From Candidatus Latescibacterota bacterium (GTDB lineage: Bacteria > Latescibacterota > UBA2968 > UBA8231), in NCBI GenBank assembly GCA_965217585.1, contig OZ244561.1, positions 3,616,001-3,680,000 on the forward strand: a stretch of DNA of 64,000 nucleotides, read 5' to 3'. The position numbers and the translations under genes were made by a program. The notes beneath the pieces were generated by a model. That model worked only from the letters and a program-made list of their open reading frames with translations. It was not told the DNA's origin and did not search any database. Shown piece after piece: positions 44,116 to 52,632 of this stretch; within the stretch, counting starts at the first letter, position 1; each line of letters begins with the position of its first letter.

Positions 44116-47022
44116 TCACAGCACTTTGACCGGCGTCAGCCAATTGTCGCGCGCAGCCGACGCCGCTGCAATCGCATCTGCCGACCCCAACACCGCAACC
44201 CGGCCCGTTGCGCCGACTTGGTCCAGCACGGCGGCAAAATCCGCAAAGTGCTCGGCCTTGGTGCCCAGGACTTGGTCGCGCATTTGCTGGCGATAGTCGT
44301 CGTCGATGCCGGTCAGGTAGCGCATCAGCGAGGCGTAGCCCTTGGCGTCGGGTAGCTGGTAGGCGTCGAAATCGCCGATGGTGCCGATGATGGCTTTGGT
44401 CAGCTCGTCGCTGCTGATCGGATAGTCGCGCAAGAAGGATCCGCTCTGGTCGTACACTTGCAGCGTCTCCAGCAAGTTGGGGTCGCGGTAAGACGCGTAC
44501 GCGAACACTCCGGTAAATGGGTCGAGGGAGCAAAAGGCCCCGTAGGCCCCCCCTTGGACTCGCACCCGATCCCAGAGCCAAGTGGTGGCCAAGTAGCGCG
44601 TGATGACGGCCGACGACCCGTCCAATTCGTAGCCGAGCGCGAAGATGTTGGCCGCCTTGCCCACGTAGTTGACCTGCGCGGGGACGGTCAGGCCCTCGTC
44701 GGCCGCCGTCAGATGCGGCGTCCAAGTCGCGGGCGAGTGCGCTTCTTGGGGCAGCTCGCGCAACAGCGCCGCTAGGCTCTGGTCGCACGCGGCGCGGTCG
44801 TCGCTGGTCGCGTTGCAGAGCATGCCCGGCCGGTTGACCAACAGGCTGCGGATCTGCTCAAGCCGCGCCTGCACCGCCGGCCAGTCGCGGCGGATGTCTT
44901 CGATGAGCTGCCGCAAGAAGAACAGATAGCTCAAGCCGCGCATCTGCTCTGCGAGCCAGCCGGTCTCGTCGAATTGCGCTCGCAGCCGCGTTGATACCAC
45001 CCGGTGCCCGCCCGGCACCAGCCCGGCCTCCGCGCTGGCCCGCTCTTCTAAGGCCATCTGCAAGAAGCGCTCGCGATCGTCGAGGCGGCCCTCTAGCAGC
45101 ACGTCGCGCACAATCGCCGTCAGGTCGGCGACCCGTTCGACCATGGCCTTGCCGCGCAAAAAGAGGTACGCCGCGGCCGGCCCGCCGCCGAGGCGCGGGC
45201 TCACCAGCGAATGGGCACTCAGGCCGCCGGTCTGGCTGCCGATCCGCTGTTGTAGCTCGACGAAGCTCATGCGTTGGGTGCCCATCTCCAGCAGGGCGCG
45301 CCCAAAGAGCGGGATATAGGGCAAAAGCTCTTGGGGCAACACGCGCAGATTGCAGCCCACGTCGAGATAGGCGATGCCATTGGTAAAGAGGTCGTGGTGG
45401 AGCACCGGCACCCCGGCAATTTGGTCTTCTTGCCGAGGCACGGTCTTGATCGCGGCGTTGAGGTCGCGCAATTGCAGGCGGGGCAGCTTGGCCAAGTCCT
45501 CGGGTGCGTCGGGTTGCTCTTGCAGGTGCTTGAGCTTTTCGGTGGATGCGACCAATTCCTCTAAATCCGCGTGGCTCATGCGCTCACGGGCCTCTGCTAG
45601 GCGCGTAGTCTCTTCCTCCTCCAGCCGCGTCCCCAGCTTGGCATCGGGCTGGAGGATCACGGTCGTGCGGTGCTCGTTGTCTAGGAGGTGGCGTTGGATT
45701 AGCTCCTCTAGATAACGGTCGTCCGCCGCTAACTTGGCCTTGAGCGCGGCGAATGAGTCGGCAAAGCGCAAGGGCGTAAAGGGGTTGCGGTCGTAGAGCC
45801 AGTCGGTCAACAGCCGCAGCATCAGCCCCAAGCCGCGCGGGAAAGACCCGGTGTTGTTTTCCCGCAACCGGAATTCCGCGGTGTGCAGCGAGGCCGCGAC
45901 CATTCCTTGGTCAATTCCGCCGTCCGCGAGGTCGCCGAGGTGCTGCAAGATCAGGGCCTCGACCGCATCGATATCGCCCTGTTGCACGCCCTTGAGGCCC
46001 ACGCTGAAGAACATCTGCGCCAACTCGATCTCCAGCCCGCTACTGGTCAGATCCTCGCCCAGCCCGGAGTCGATCAGGGCTTTGCGCAGCGGAGATCCCG
46101 GGGTGCCGAGCAGCGCGTGTTCAAGCACCTGGAGGGCACGGCGCTCGTCGGCGTCAATCTCGTCTTGCAACAGCCAGGTGAGCGAGACAAAGCACTTCGG
46201 CTCTTCGACCGCGTCCCGATCGACCGCATAGGGAAATTGCTGCTGCTTGGGCGCGGTAAAGCGCGGCTGGGTCCCGATGGTAGAGTCAACGGAATGCGCC
46301 TCGTAGTCGCTGAGATAGTCGTGCAAAAGCGCGAGGCGTTGCTGGGGATCGTCGTCGCCGTAGAAGTAGATACGAGCGTTGGATGGGTGGTAAAAGTCAT
46401 CGTGGAAGCGCTTGAACTGGTCAAAGCTGAGGGCCGGGATATCGCGCGGATCGCCGCCGGAATCCACGCCGTAGGTGGTGTCGGGGAAGATGGATTGCTG
46501 GGTGCGCTCGGCTAGGATCCGCTCGGGGTCGGAGTACGCGCCCTTCATTTCGTTGAAGACCACGCCTTTGTAGCGCAGCGGGTCGCCAGTGTCTGCTAGC
46601 TCGTAGTGCCAGCCTTCCTGTTGCAGGACTTCTGGCGTGAGGCGCGGGTAGAAGACCGCGTCGAGATACACGTCGATCAGGTTGTAGAAATCCTGCAAGT
46701 TGGTGCTGGCGACCGGGTAGCAGGTTTTGTCTGGATAGGTGAAGGCGTTGAGGAAGGTGTTGAGCGAGCCTTTGATCAGCTCGACAAACGGCTCCTTGAC
46801 CGGGTACTTGCGCGAGCCGCACAGCACGGAGTGTTCGAGGATGTGGGCAATGCCGGTCGAGTCGGCTGGCGGGGTGCGGAAGTTGATGCCAAAGACCTTG
46901 TTCTCGTCGTCGTTGATCAGCGAGACAATTTCGCAGCCGGTGCGGTGCCGGTAGAGTAAGGCGCGGGTATTGAGCTCGGGGATTTCTTCGTCGCGCAGCA
47001 GTTCAAAATCGCGGCGATTCAT
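44116..47022 (-). CDS. M16C insulinase-family metallopeptidase (presequence protease PreP-like)
   Basis: GIAHILEHSVLCGSRKYPVKEPF, LNAFTYPDKT, GVVFNEMKG, GGAYG, SYRDP. Confidence 0.95.
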   Translation of the reverse strand: MNRRDFELLRDEEIPELNTRALLYRHRTGCEIVSLINDDENKVFGINFRTPPADSTGIAHILEHSVLCGSRKYPVKEPFVELIKGSLNTFLNAFTYPDKTCYPVASTNLQDFYNLIDVYLDAVFYPRLTPEVLQQEGWHYELADTGDPLRYKGVVFNEMKGAYSDPERILAERTQQSIFPDTTYGVDSGGDPRDIPALSFDQFKRFHDDFYHPSNARIYFYGDDDPQQRLALLHDYLSDYEAHSVDSTIGTQPRFTAPKQQQFPYAVDRDAVEEPKCFVSLTWLLQDEIDADERRALQVLEHALLGTPGSPLRKALIDSGLGEDLTSSGLEIELAQMFFSVGLKGVQQGDIDAVEALILQHLGDLADGGIDQGMVAASLHTAEFRLRENNTGSFPRGLGLMLRLLTDWLYDRNPFTPLRFADSFAALKAKLAADDRYLEELIQRHLLDNEHRTTVILQPDAKLGTRLEEEETTRLAEARERMSHADLEELVASTEKLKHLQEQPDAPEDLAKLPRLQLRDLNAAIKTVPRQEDQIAGVPVLHHDLFTNGIAYLDVGCNLRVLPQELLPYIPLFGRALLEMGTQRMSFVELQQRIGSQTGGLSAHSLVSPRLGGGPAAAYLFLRGKAMVERVADLTAIVRDVLLEGRLDDRERFLQMALEERASAEAGLVPGGHRVVSTRLRAQFDETGWLAEQMRGLSYLFFLRQLIEDIRRDWPAVQARLEQIRSLLVNRPGMLCNATSDDRAACDQSLAALLRELPQEAHSPATWTPHLTAADEGLTVPAQVNYVGKAANIFALGYELDGSSAVITRYLATTWLWDRVRVQGGAYGAFCSLDPFTGVFAYASYRDPNLLETLQVYDQSGSFLRDYPISSDELTKAIIGTIGDFDAYQLPDAKGYASLMRYLTGIDDDYRQQMRDQVLGTKAEHFADFAAVLDQVGATGRVAVLGSADAIAAASAARDNWLTPVKVL

Positions 47023-47094
47023 TGCGTCTCCTTTGCGGTTTAGTACGGGCAAACTAGCGGGCAAACATATTGGCGGCGCGGATTTTTATCAAAT

Positions 47095-47122
47095 GTAGGG
47101 GCGACCGGCCGGTCGCCCCTAC
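47095..47122. repeat. REP-like perfect palindrome (GTAG family)
   Basis: GTAGGGGCGACCGGCCGGTCGCCCCTAC, intergenic. Confidence 0.85.
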
Positions 47123-47127
47123 GCGGT

Positions 47128-48288
47128 TCACGGCAGGGCGATTTTGCCGAGGACGACCGGGCGCTGTGCGCGGGTGGCGGCCGGGATATTGCCGGTGCGG
47201 CCCATCAGCGTCTCGTTGGCCAGTACCGCAAAGGCGAGGGCCTCGCGCGCGTCTGGATCGACGCCCAGTTCGGCCAGTGACTGCACCGCTAAGCCCGGCA
47301 GCGCGTGGCGCAACCCCGCCATAATGCGCGGATTGTGGACGCCGCCGCCGCCGACCCAGAGCTTGGCAAACTCTCCAGGGCAGAAGCGGCGAATGCCCTC
47401 GGCAATGGATTGCACGGTAAAGGCGGTTAGCGTGGCGATCAGGTCGTCGTCTTTCCACGTACCGCGCCGGAGGATATCCGCGAGGAACGGCTCGCCAAAT
47501 TCCTCGCGCCCCGTGGACTTGGGCGGCTCGCGCTGTAAGAAGCTGGTGCGCATCAGCTCGGTCAACAGGGCTTCATCGACGCGCCCCCACGCCGCCCGCG
47601 CGCCTCCGCGGTCGAAGTGCTCGCGGCCGTTGGTGCAGTGCGCCACGGCCGCATCGATGAGCATGTTGCCCGGTCCTAGGTCAAAGGCCCGTATTGCGCT
47701 GGTATCGGCGTTGGGCGGCAAGGCCGTGACGTTGGCGATCCCACCGATATTGAGCAGCAGACGCCCCTCGTGCCGATGGGCAAAGAGCAGGTGATCTACT
47801 AGTGGCACTAGCGGTGCGCCCTCGCCGCCGACCGCCATGTCGGCCGCGCGAAAGTCCGCGATGGTCACCGCGCCCGTGCGCGCAGCAATGACGGCTGGCT
47901 CGCCAATCTGCAAAGTGGCCCCGCTGGCCGGCAGGTGGCGCACGGTCTGCCCGTGCGAGCCGATCAGGTCGATGGTTTCGGGACTGAGCTTGGCCTGCTC
48001 GGCCGCGGCTAGGGCTGCTGTTGCAAAAGCCTCGCCGAGGGCAAAGTTGACCCGGCATAGCGCGTCGAGCGAAGCATCCTCAGCGAAGAGGGCGAATACC
48101 TCGCGTCGCAAGGCGCTGGGCAGCGGCGTGGTCTCGAAGGACAAGATCTCGTAGCGCGTAGATTCGCCGCTGCCCCACAGATCGACTAGCACGGCGTCGA
48201 TCCCGTCGGCCGAGGTCCCGGACATCAGTCCCACAACCCGCCGTCGCTCCTTGGCGGCCAGTTCCGCCAGCTTCAACTGCGCGGGCAT
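47128..48288 (-). CDS. anmK: anhydro-N-acetylmuramic acid kinase
   Basis: GLMSGTSADGID, GSHGQT, GGEGAPLVP, NIGGIAN, PPKSTGRE. Confidence 0.95.
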   Translation of the reverse strand: MPAQLKLAELAAKERRRVVGLMSGTSADGIDAVLVDLWGSGESTRYEILSFETTPLPSALRREVFALFAEDASLDALCRVNFALGEAFATAALAAAEQAKLSPETIDLIGSHGQTVRHLPASGATLQIGEPAVIAARTGAVTIADFRAADMAVGGEGAPLVPLVDHLLFAHRHEGRLLLNIGGIANVTALPPNADTSAIRAFDLGPGNMLIDAAVAHCTNGREHFDRGGARAAWGRVDEALLTELMRTSFLQREPPKSTGREEFGEPFLADILRRGTWKDDDLIATLTAFTVQSIAEGIRRFCPGEFAKLWVGGGGVHNPRIMAGLRHALPGLAVQSLAELGVDPDAREALAFAVLANETLMGRTGNIPAATRAQRPVVLGKIALP

Positions 48289-48294
48289 CGCTAA

Positions 48295-49398
48295 TTAGGC
48301 GCGGTCGCGGGCCGAGTGCAGGTAGTAGTCGGCGACCTGCCCGCGGCCGTCGATGACGTGTGCGCCCGGGTAGCGAATCGTCGTCGGACACACGTGCCAA
48401 GGCACAGCGAGGAGATAGGCACCGACTTCGGGTTGGGAATCGGACCAGGAGAAGACGCCGTGTTCCTCGTTTTGTCTGAGCAACTCGGCCGCTGTGTTCT
48501 GCAAGAGCTTGGCCCGGCTCGGCAGGGGGCCATCGTCGCTGATGGCCTTGGTGCCCAAGTCCGTGGTGATCGTCTGGTGCTCGGGATAGCGATCGATCAC
48601 TTGCGTCAGGACGAGGGCCGCCCATTTGAAGGGCAGCTCGGCCATTTTGCTGCCGTACCCAGCATCCCAGTACACGCAGGTGCCTGGGGAGCCGTGCATC
48701 CCCTCGGTGCGGGCGTAGTATAAAGAGGAAAAGGAGCCACCCCCGACGACTCGGGGCACGGCCAAGCCCTCGCCTTCGAGGGCCGCTTTTAGGCGTTGGG
48801 CATCGCAGATGTGCTGCTCGGCCGCTGCTTGGCGCGCCTGAGGCTCGGAGATGGTCTCGTGCCCGTCGTACAAGTGCAGCCCGCCCGGGGACAGGTGGGG
48901 GTGTTCAGCGACTTGGCGGTAGAGGTCGATGGCCGCGTCCAAGGGGACGCCAGTGCGGAACATGCCTACGTTGAGGTCGATCATCACCCGCAGGGTTTGC
49001 TGCCGCTCTTGGGCTACTGCGCCTAAGACTTGCACGTGCGCAGGTGCGCTGGCAATCGCGCTGATGGTCGCTTCTCGTTGCGCCAACGCGGCGAAGCGCA
49101 ACACCTTGCTTTTTTGCACCAGCGGATAGGACAGGATGGCTTCCTGCGCGCCGGCGTCGAGGGCCATTTCCAGTTCCTTGAGCGTGGCGCATTTGAACCC
49201 GGCGACGCCGGACGCGAGCTGTTTGCGCGCGATGTCGATGGACTTGTGGGTCTTGACGTGGACGAACAAATGCTCGCTGCCGCCGACTAGTTCGCCGACT
49301 GTTTTTATGTTGTGGTTGAGTTGGTCGGCAAATACCAGCATAGCTGGCGTCTCAATGCCGTCCGGCTCGGCGACTTTGTATTCTCCTATTTCGATCAC
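48295..49398 (-). CDS. D-TA family PLP-dependent enzyme (D-threonine aldolase/D-serine dehydratase-like)
   Basis: ETPA, HVKTHK, RTG, YDGH, SPG, DLGTKA, NEEH, PWHVCPT. Confidence 0.85.
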   Translation of the reverse strand: MIEIGEYKVAEPDGIETPAMLVFADQLNHNIKTVGELVGGSEHLFVHVKTHKSIDIARKQLASGVAGFKCATLKELEMALDAGAQEAILSYPLVQKSKVLRFAALAQREATISAIASAPAHVQVLGAVAQERQQTLRVMIDLNVGMFRTGVPLDAAIDLYRQVAEHPHLSPGGLHLYDGHETISEPQARQAAAEQHICDAQRLKAALEGEGLAVPRVVGGGSFSSLYYARTEGMHGSPGTCVYWDAGYGSKMAELPFKWAALVLTQVIDRYPEHQTITTDLGTKAISDDGPLPSRAKLLQNTAAELLRQNEEHGVFSWSDSQPEVGAYLLAVPWHVCPTTIRYPGAHVIDGRGQVADYYLHSARDRA

Positions 49399-49547
49399 AG
49401 CCTTGCTTCCCGTTGGAGGTGAAGCGCGGAAAATAGCACAAGCCCCGGCTGCGGACAAATTGGCCGCCGCGCCGTAGTTCGTTATTTTGTCAGCCCAATA
49501 CGTGCGAGTTCAAATTGCGCTCAATCCCATTCTAAAGGAGATCTCTA

Positions 49548-50387
49548 ATGCTCAAGCTAGGCTGCATGTCCCTCAGCTACAAAGACGAATTTGCCGCGAA
49601 CAAGCTCGACTTGGAGCAGTTTATTGAACGCGCCTACCAGCTCGGCCTCGACGGCATCGACATTCACACGCGCGCCTTTGCCTCGCTCGACCCGGCGTAC
49701 CTGCGCAGCATTCGCATGCAGGCCTTCAGATGCGGGCTCGCGCTTTCCTATATCGGCGTCAGCTCCAACTTCGGCAAACCCCAAGACGAGCTCGCCGCCG
49801 AAGTCTCCACCGCCAAGGCGTGGATCGATGTGGCCGCGTTCATGGGCATTCCGCTGGTGCGGGTTTTTGCCGCGTGGATTCCCGAAGGCGACCGGGAAGA
49901 GGACGTGTGGGCGCGGATGATGCCCTGCTTGGAGGAAGTGGCCGCCCACGGCGAGGAAAATGGTGTGGTGGTCGGCTTGCACAACCACAACCACGGCTGC
50001 GTCACGCGCACGGGCAAAGATGTGCGCCGCATTATCGAGGGCGTCGATAATCCCTATTTCTCGCACATCCTCGACACGGGTCAATACGTCGGCTCGCCCG
50101 GGGCCTCGGGCCAGCGCGGGCACGAGGATCCCGCCCTCAACTTTTACGGCAGCATCGAGGAAACCGCTCCGCTGGCCGTCCACGTCCGCTGCAAGATCTA
50201 TCGCATCCAAAGCGGCGTTGAAGAGTGGCTCAACTATCCGCGCATCTTCGAGATTTTGAAGAGGGTCAACTACAATGGCTGGCTGTCGGTGGTGTACGAA
50301 GGGCAGGACGCGGAAGCCGAGGCGACCGCCGTGCCCAAGGCCGTGCGCTACTTGCGCGGCTTGATGGCCGAATACGACGCGGCGTGA
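49548..50387 (+). CDS. sugar phosphate isomerase/epimerase (AP endonuclease 2 TIM barrel)
   Basis: GLDGID, VRVFA, LHNH, LDTG, YNGWLSVVYEG. Confidence 0.85.
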   Translation: MLKLGCMSLSYKDEFAANKLDLEQFIERAYQLGLDGIDIHTRAFASLDPAYLRSIRMQAFRCGLALSYIGVSSNFGKPQDELAAEVSTAKAWIDVAAFMGIPLVRVFAAWIPEGDREEDVWARMMPCLEEVAAHGEENGVVVGLHNHNHGCVTRTGKDVRRIIEGVDNPYFSHILDTGQYVGSPGASGQRGHEDPALNFYGSIEETAPLAVHVRCKIYRIQSGVEEWLNYPRIFEILKRVNYNGWLSVVYEGQDAEAEATAVPKAVRYLRGLMAEYDAA

Positions 50388-50406
50388 GCAACGAGGCTCG
50401 CGCAAA

Positions 50407-50814
50407 ATGGTAGCTGCGCTTGGCACGCCCCGCACTTTCGTGAGATTTTCTCTGACCGGCCTCAGCGGGGTGGTCGTCAATCTCGGGTCGTTCCATCTCC
50501 TGCTCGAACTCGGTGTCCATAAGTATCTGGCCTCGCCCATTGCGATTGAAATCTCGGTCTTTTCGAACTTTTTCCTCAACAACTATTGGACCTTTGCCGA
50601 CCGCGACCTGAGCAGCCGCAAGCGGCTCCGGGGATTGCGGTTTCACATCGTCTCGCTGCTGGCCCTTGGGGTGAGTTATTCGACGTTTGTCGTGCTGTCG
50701 GTGCTGTTGCCGCAAGTTGACCCGGTGTGGCTGCAAGGATGCGCGATCGCGCCGGGCACGTTGTTTAATTATTTCCTCAATTCCTATTGGACGTTTCGGG
50801 AGGAGGGGCGTTGA
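50407..50814 (+). CDS. GtrA family lipid-linked sugar flippase-like protein
   Basis: RF..TG..G.VVN, NFFLNNYWTF, NYFLNSYWTF; four TM segments. Confidence 0.9.
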   Translation: MVAALGTPRTFVRFSLTGLSGVVVNLGSFHLLLELGVHKYLASPIAIEISVFSNFFLNNYWTFADRDLSSRKRLRGLRFHIVSLLALGVSYSTFVVLSVLLPQVDPVWLQGCAIAPGTLFNYFLNSYWTFREEGR

Positions 50815-50860
50815 CCGGCCTTGCTCTCTAAGCTGAACAAGCACATCTAGGAGATAGCTT

Positions 50861-52600
50861 TTGTCCAAGCGCAATCGGTCTCAAGCGCATGGTCGCGGCG
50901 CAGCCGCACGCCGGGATAAGCGCAAACAAGCGCTGCCTTGGTCTGTGCGCTTGCGCTCGGCGTTGGTCGCCGCGCCGGACCTTTTGCTCCATCCGGTCTC
51001 CCCCGATAAACGGCCTTGGAAATTTTTGCTGCCGGTGCTCGCGCTGGCCTTCGTAGCACGAGCGGCGATCGCTCTGTCCGGCGATTTCGTCTTGCACCCC
51101 GACGAAATCATGCAGTACCTAGAACCGGCGCATCGCTTGGTCTTCGGCAACGGCGTAACCTACTGGGAATACTTCTACGGTGCCCGTTCGTGGCTAGTGC
51201 CCGGGTTGGTCGCCGGTGTCTTGAAGCTGTTCGACATCGTCGGCCTCGGTCAGCCTGCTTGGTACGTCGGCGGTGTCAAACTCGTGTTTTGTGCGATCTC
51301 CCTGCTCATTCCGGCGGGCATGTACTTTTTTGCCCGGTGGCACTTTGGCGAAACTGCGGCGCGGGTCGCGTTGCTGGTGGGTGCTTTCTGGTACGAGCTG
51401 GTCGGTTTTGCCCACAAGCCGATGACCGAGTTTGTCGCCACGGCCCTGCTGGTGTCCTTGCTTGCGCTCTGTGTGCGGCCTGCGCCGGACAGACTGCGGG
51501 TGGTTTTGATGGCAGCGGTGCTGGCGGTGCTGGTGGCGGCGATCCGGGTGCAGTATGCCCCGTTGGCCCTGCTGATTCTCGGCCTGTTCTTTTTGCGCAC
51601 TGGGAAAAAGATGCAGCTCGTGCTTATCGCGGCCTCGGTTCTTGTCACCATCGGCATATTCGACGCGATTACGTGGGACGGTGGTTTGTTTCACTCCTAC
51701 GTCGTCAACATCCGCGTCAACCTCGCCCTTGGCGACTTGCGCGCCGGTGAAAGCCCGGCATGGCAATTCCTCTATTGGCTCCTGATAGCCAATATGGGGC
51801 TGGTGGCCCTGTGCGTCTTGACTTTGCCCGACCTCCGACGCTACGGATTCCTGCTGACGCTTATCGCCCTGACGCTGCTTATCCACTCGACACAGTCGCA
51901 CAAGGAGTATCGCTTTATCTTCGTCGTCATTCCGCTCTGGCTGCTGATCGGCGCAGACTTTGTGGTGTGGTTCGCGTCCCGCGCTAGCGAGGGCAGGTCG
52001 CGCCCATCGTTGGGGCCGACTTCCCTTGCGCTGGCGGCATCCTTCGCAGCGATTTCCCTCGCCGGCATCCTGAACGCGCTGCCGTACCAAGACAGAGTGT
52101 ATCGGGCCTATTCAAAGGAGACCGGCGTCGTCGGCTTTCTGCGCAATCAGGACCCGATTTTCGCCGCGTACCGCTATCTTGCTAGTGCGCCTGGAGTCAG
52201 CGCCGTGTGGCAGGTTGACCGCCCCTATTTCAACCTCCCCGGTTATTATTATCTACACCGCACGATACCGTTCTATGACTCCAATACGGGGCGTCTCATA
52301 TTCGCGGATCAAGAGAAGACAGAAGTAGAAGCGATTGCAGCTTCGGTCAGCCACATCGTGTCGGCGGACCCGGCTACTTTCGTTCCCGGCTACTCGGTGG
52401 AAAAAACATTCGGCACCATCCGCATCCTGAGCCGAGACGCAGATGAACTGGCCATCCGCCGATGGCAGGAGTACGCCCCGACGATCACTGACGACGCCTT
52501 CACCAAGTTAGTGCACAAACTCTACCCCGACGCGCCCACTCTGCCGCCCAATTCGGGAATTCGCTTTGCCGACGAAAAGACAGAGATAAAAGGGCAATAG
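50861..52600 (+). CDS. GT-C glycosyltransferase, GT22 (PIG-B/Alg9-like mannosyltransferase)
   Basis: HPDEIMQYLEPAHRLVFG.G..YWEY..G.RS and HKEYRFI motifs; many TM segments. Confidence 0.8.
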   Translation: MSKRNRSQAHGRGAAARRDKRKQALPWSVRLRSALVAAPDLLLHPVSPDKRPWKFLLPVLALAFVARAAIALSGDFVLHPDEIMQYLEPAHRLVFGNGVTYWEYFYGARSWLVPGLVAGVLKLFDIVGLGQPAWYVGGVKLVFCAISLLIPAGMYFFARWHFGETAARVALLVGAFWYELVGFAHKPMTEFVATALLVSLLALCVRPAPDRLRVVLMAAVLAVLVAAIRVQYAPLALLILGLFFLRTGKKMQLVLIAASVLVTIGIFDAITWDGGLFHSYVVNIRVNLALGDLRAGESPAWQFLYWLLIANMGLVALCVLTLPDLRRYGFLLTLIALTLLIHSTQSHKEYRFIFVVIPLWLLIGADFVVWFASRASEGRSRPSLGPTSLALAASFAAISLAGILNALPYQDRVYRAYSKETGVVGFLRNQDPIFAAYRYLASAPGVSAVWQVDRPYFNLPGYYYLHRTIPFYDSNTGRLIFADQEKTEVEAIAASVSHIVSADPATFVPGYSVEKTFGTIRILSRDADELAIRRWQEYAPTITDDAFTKLVHKLYPDAPTLPPNSGIRFADEKTEIKGQ

Positions 52601-52632
52601 CTACAAAAAGCACAGAACTCCCGAGTTATTAA

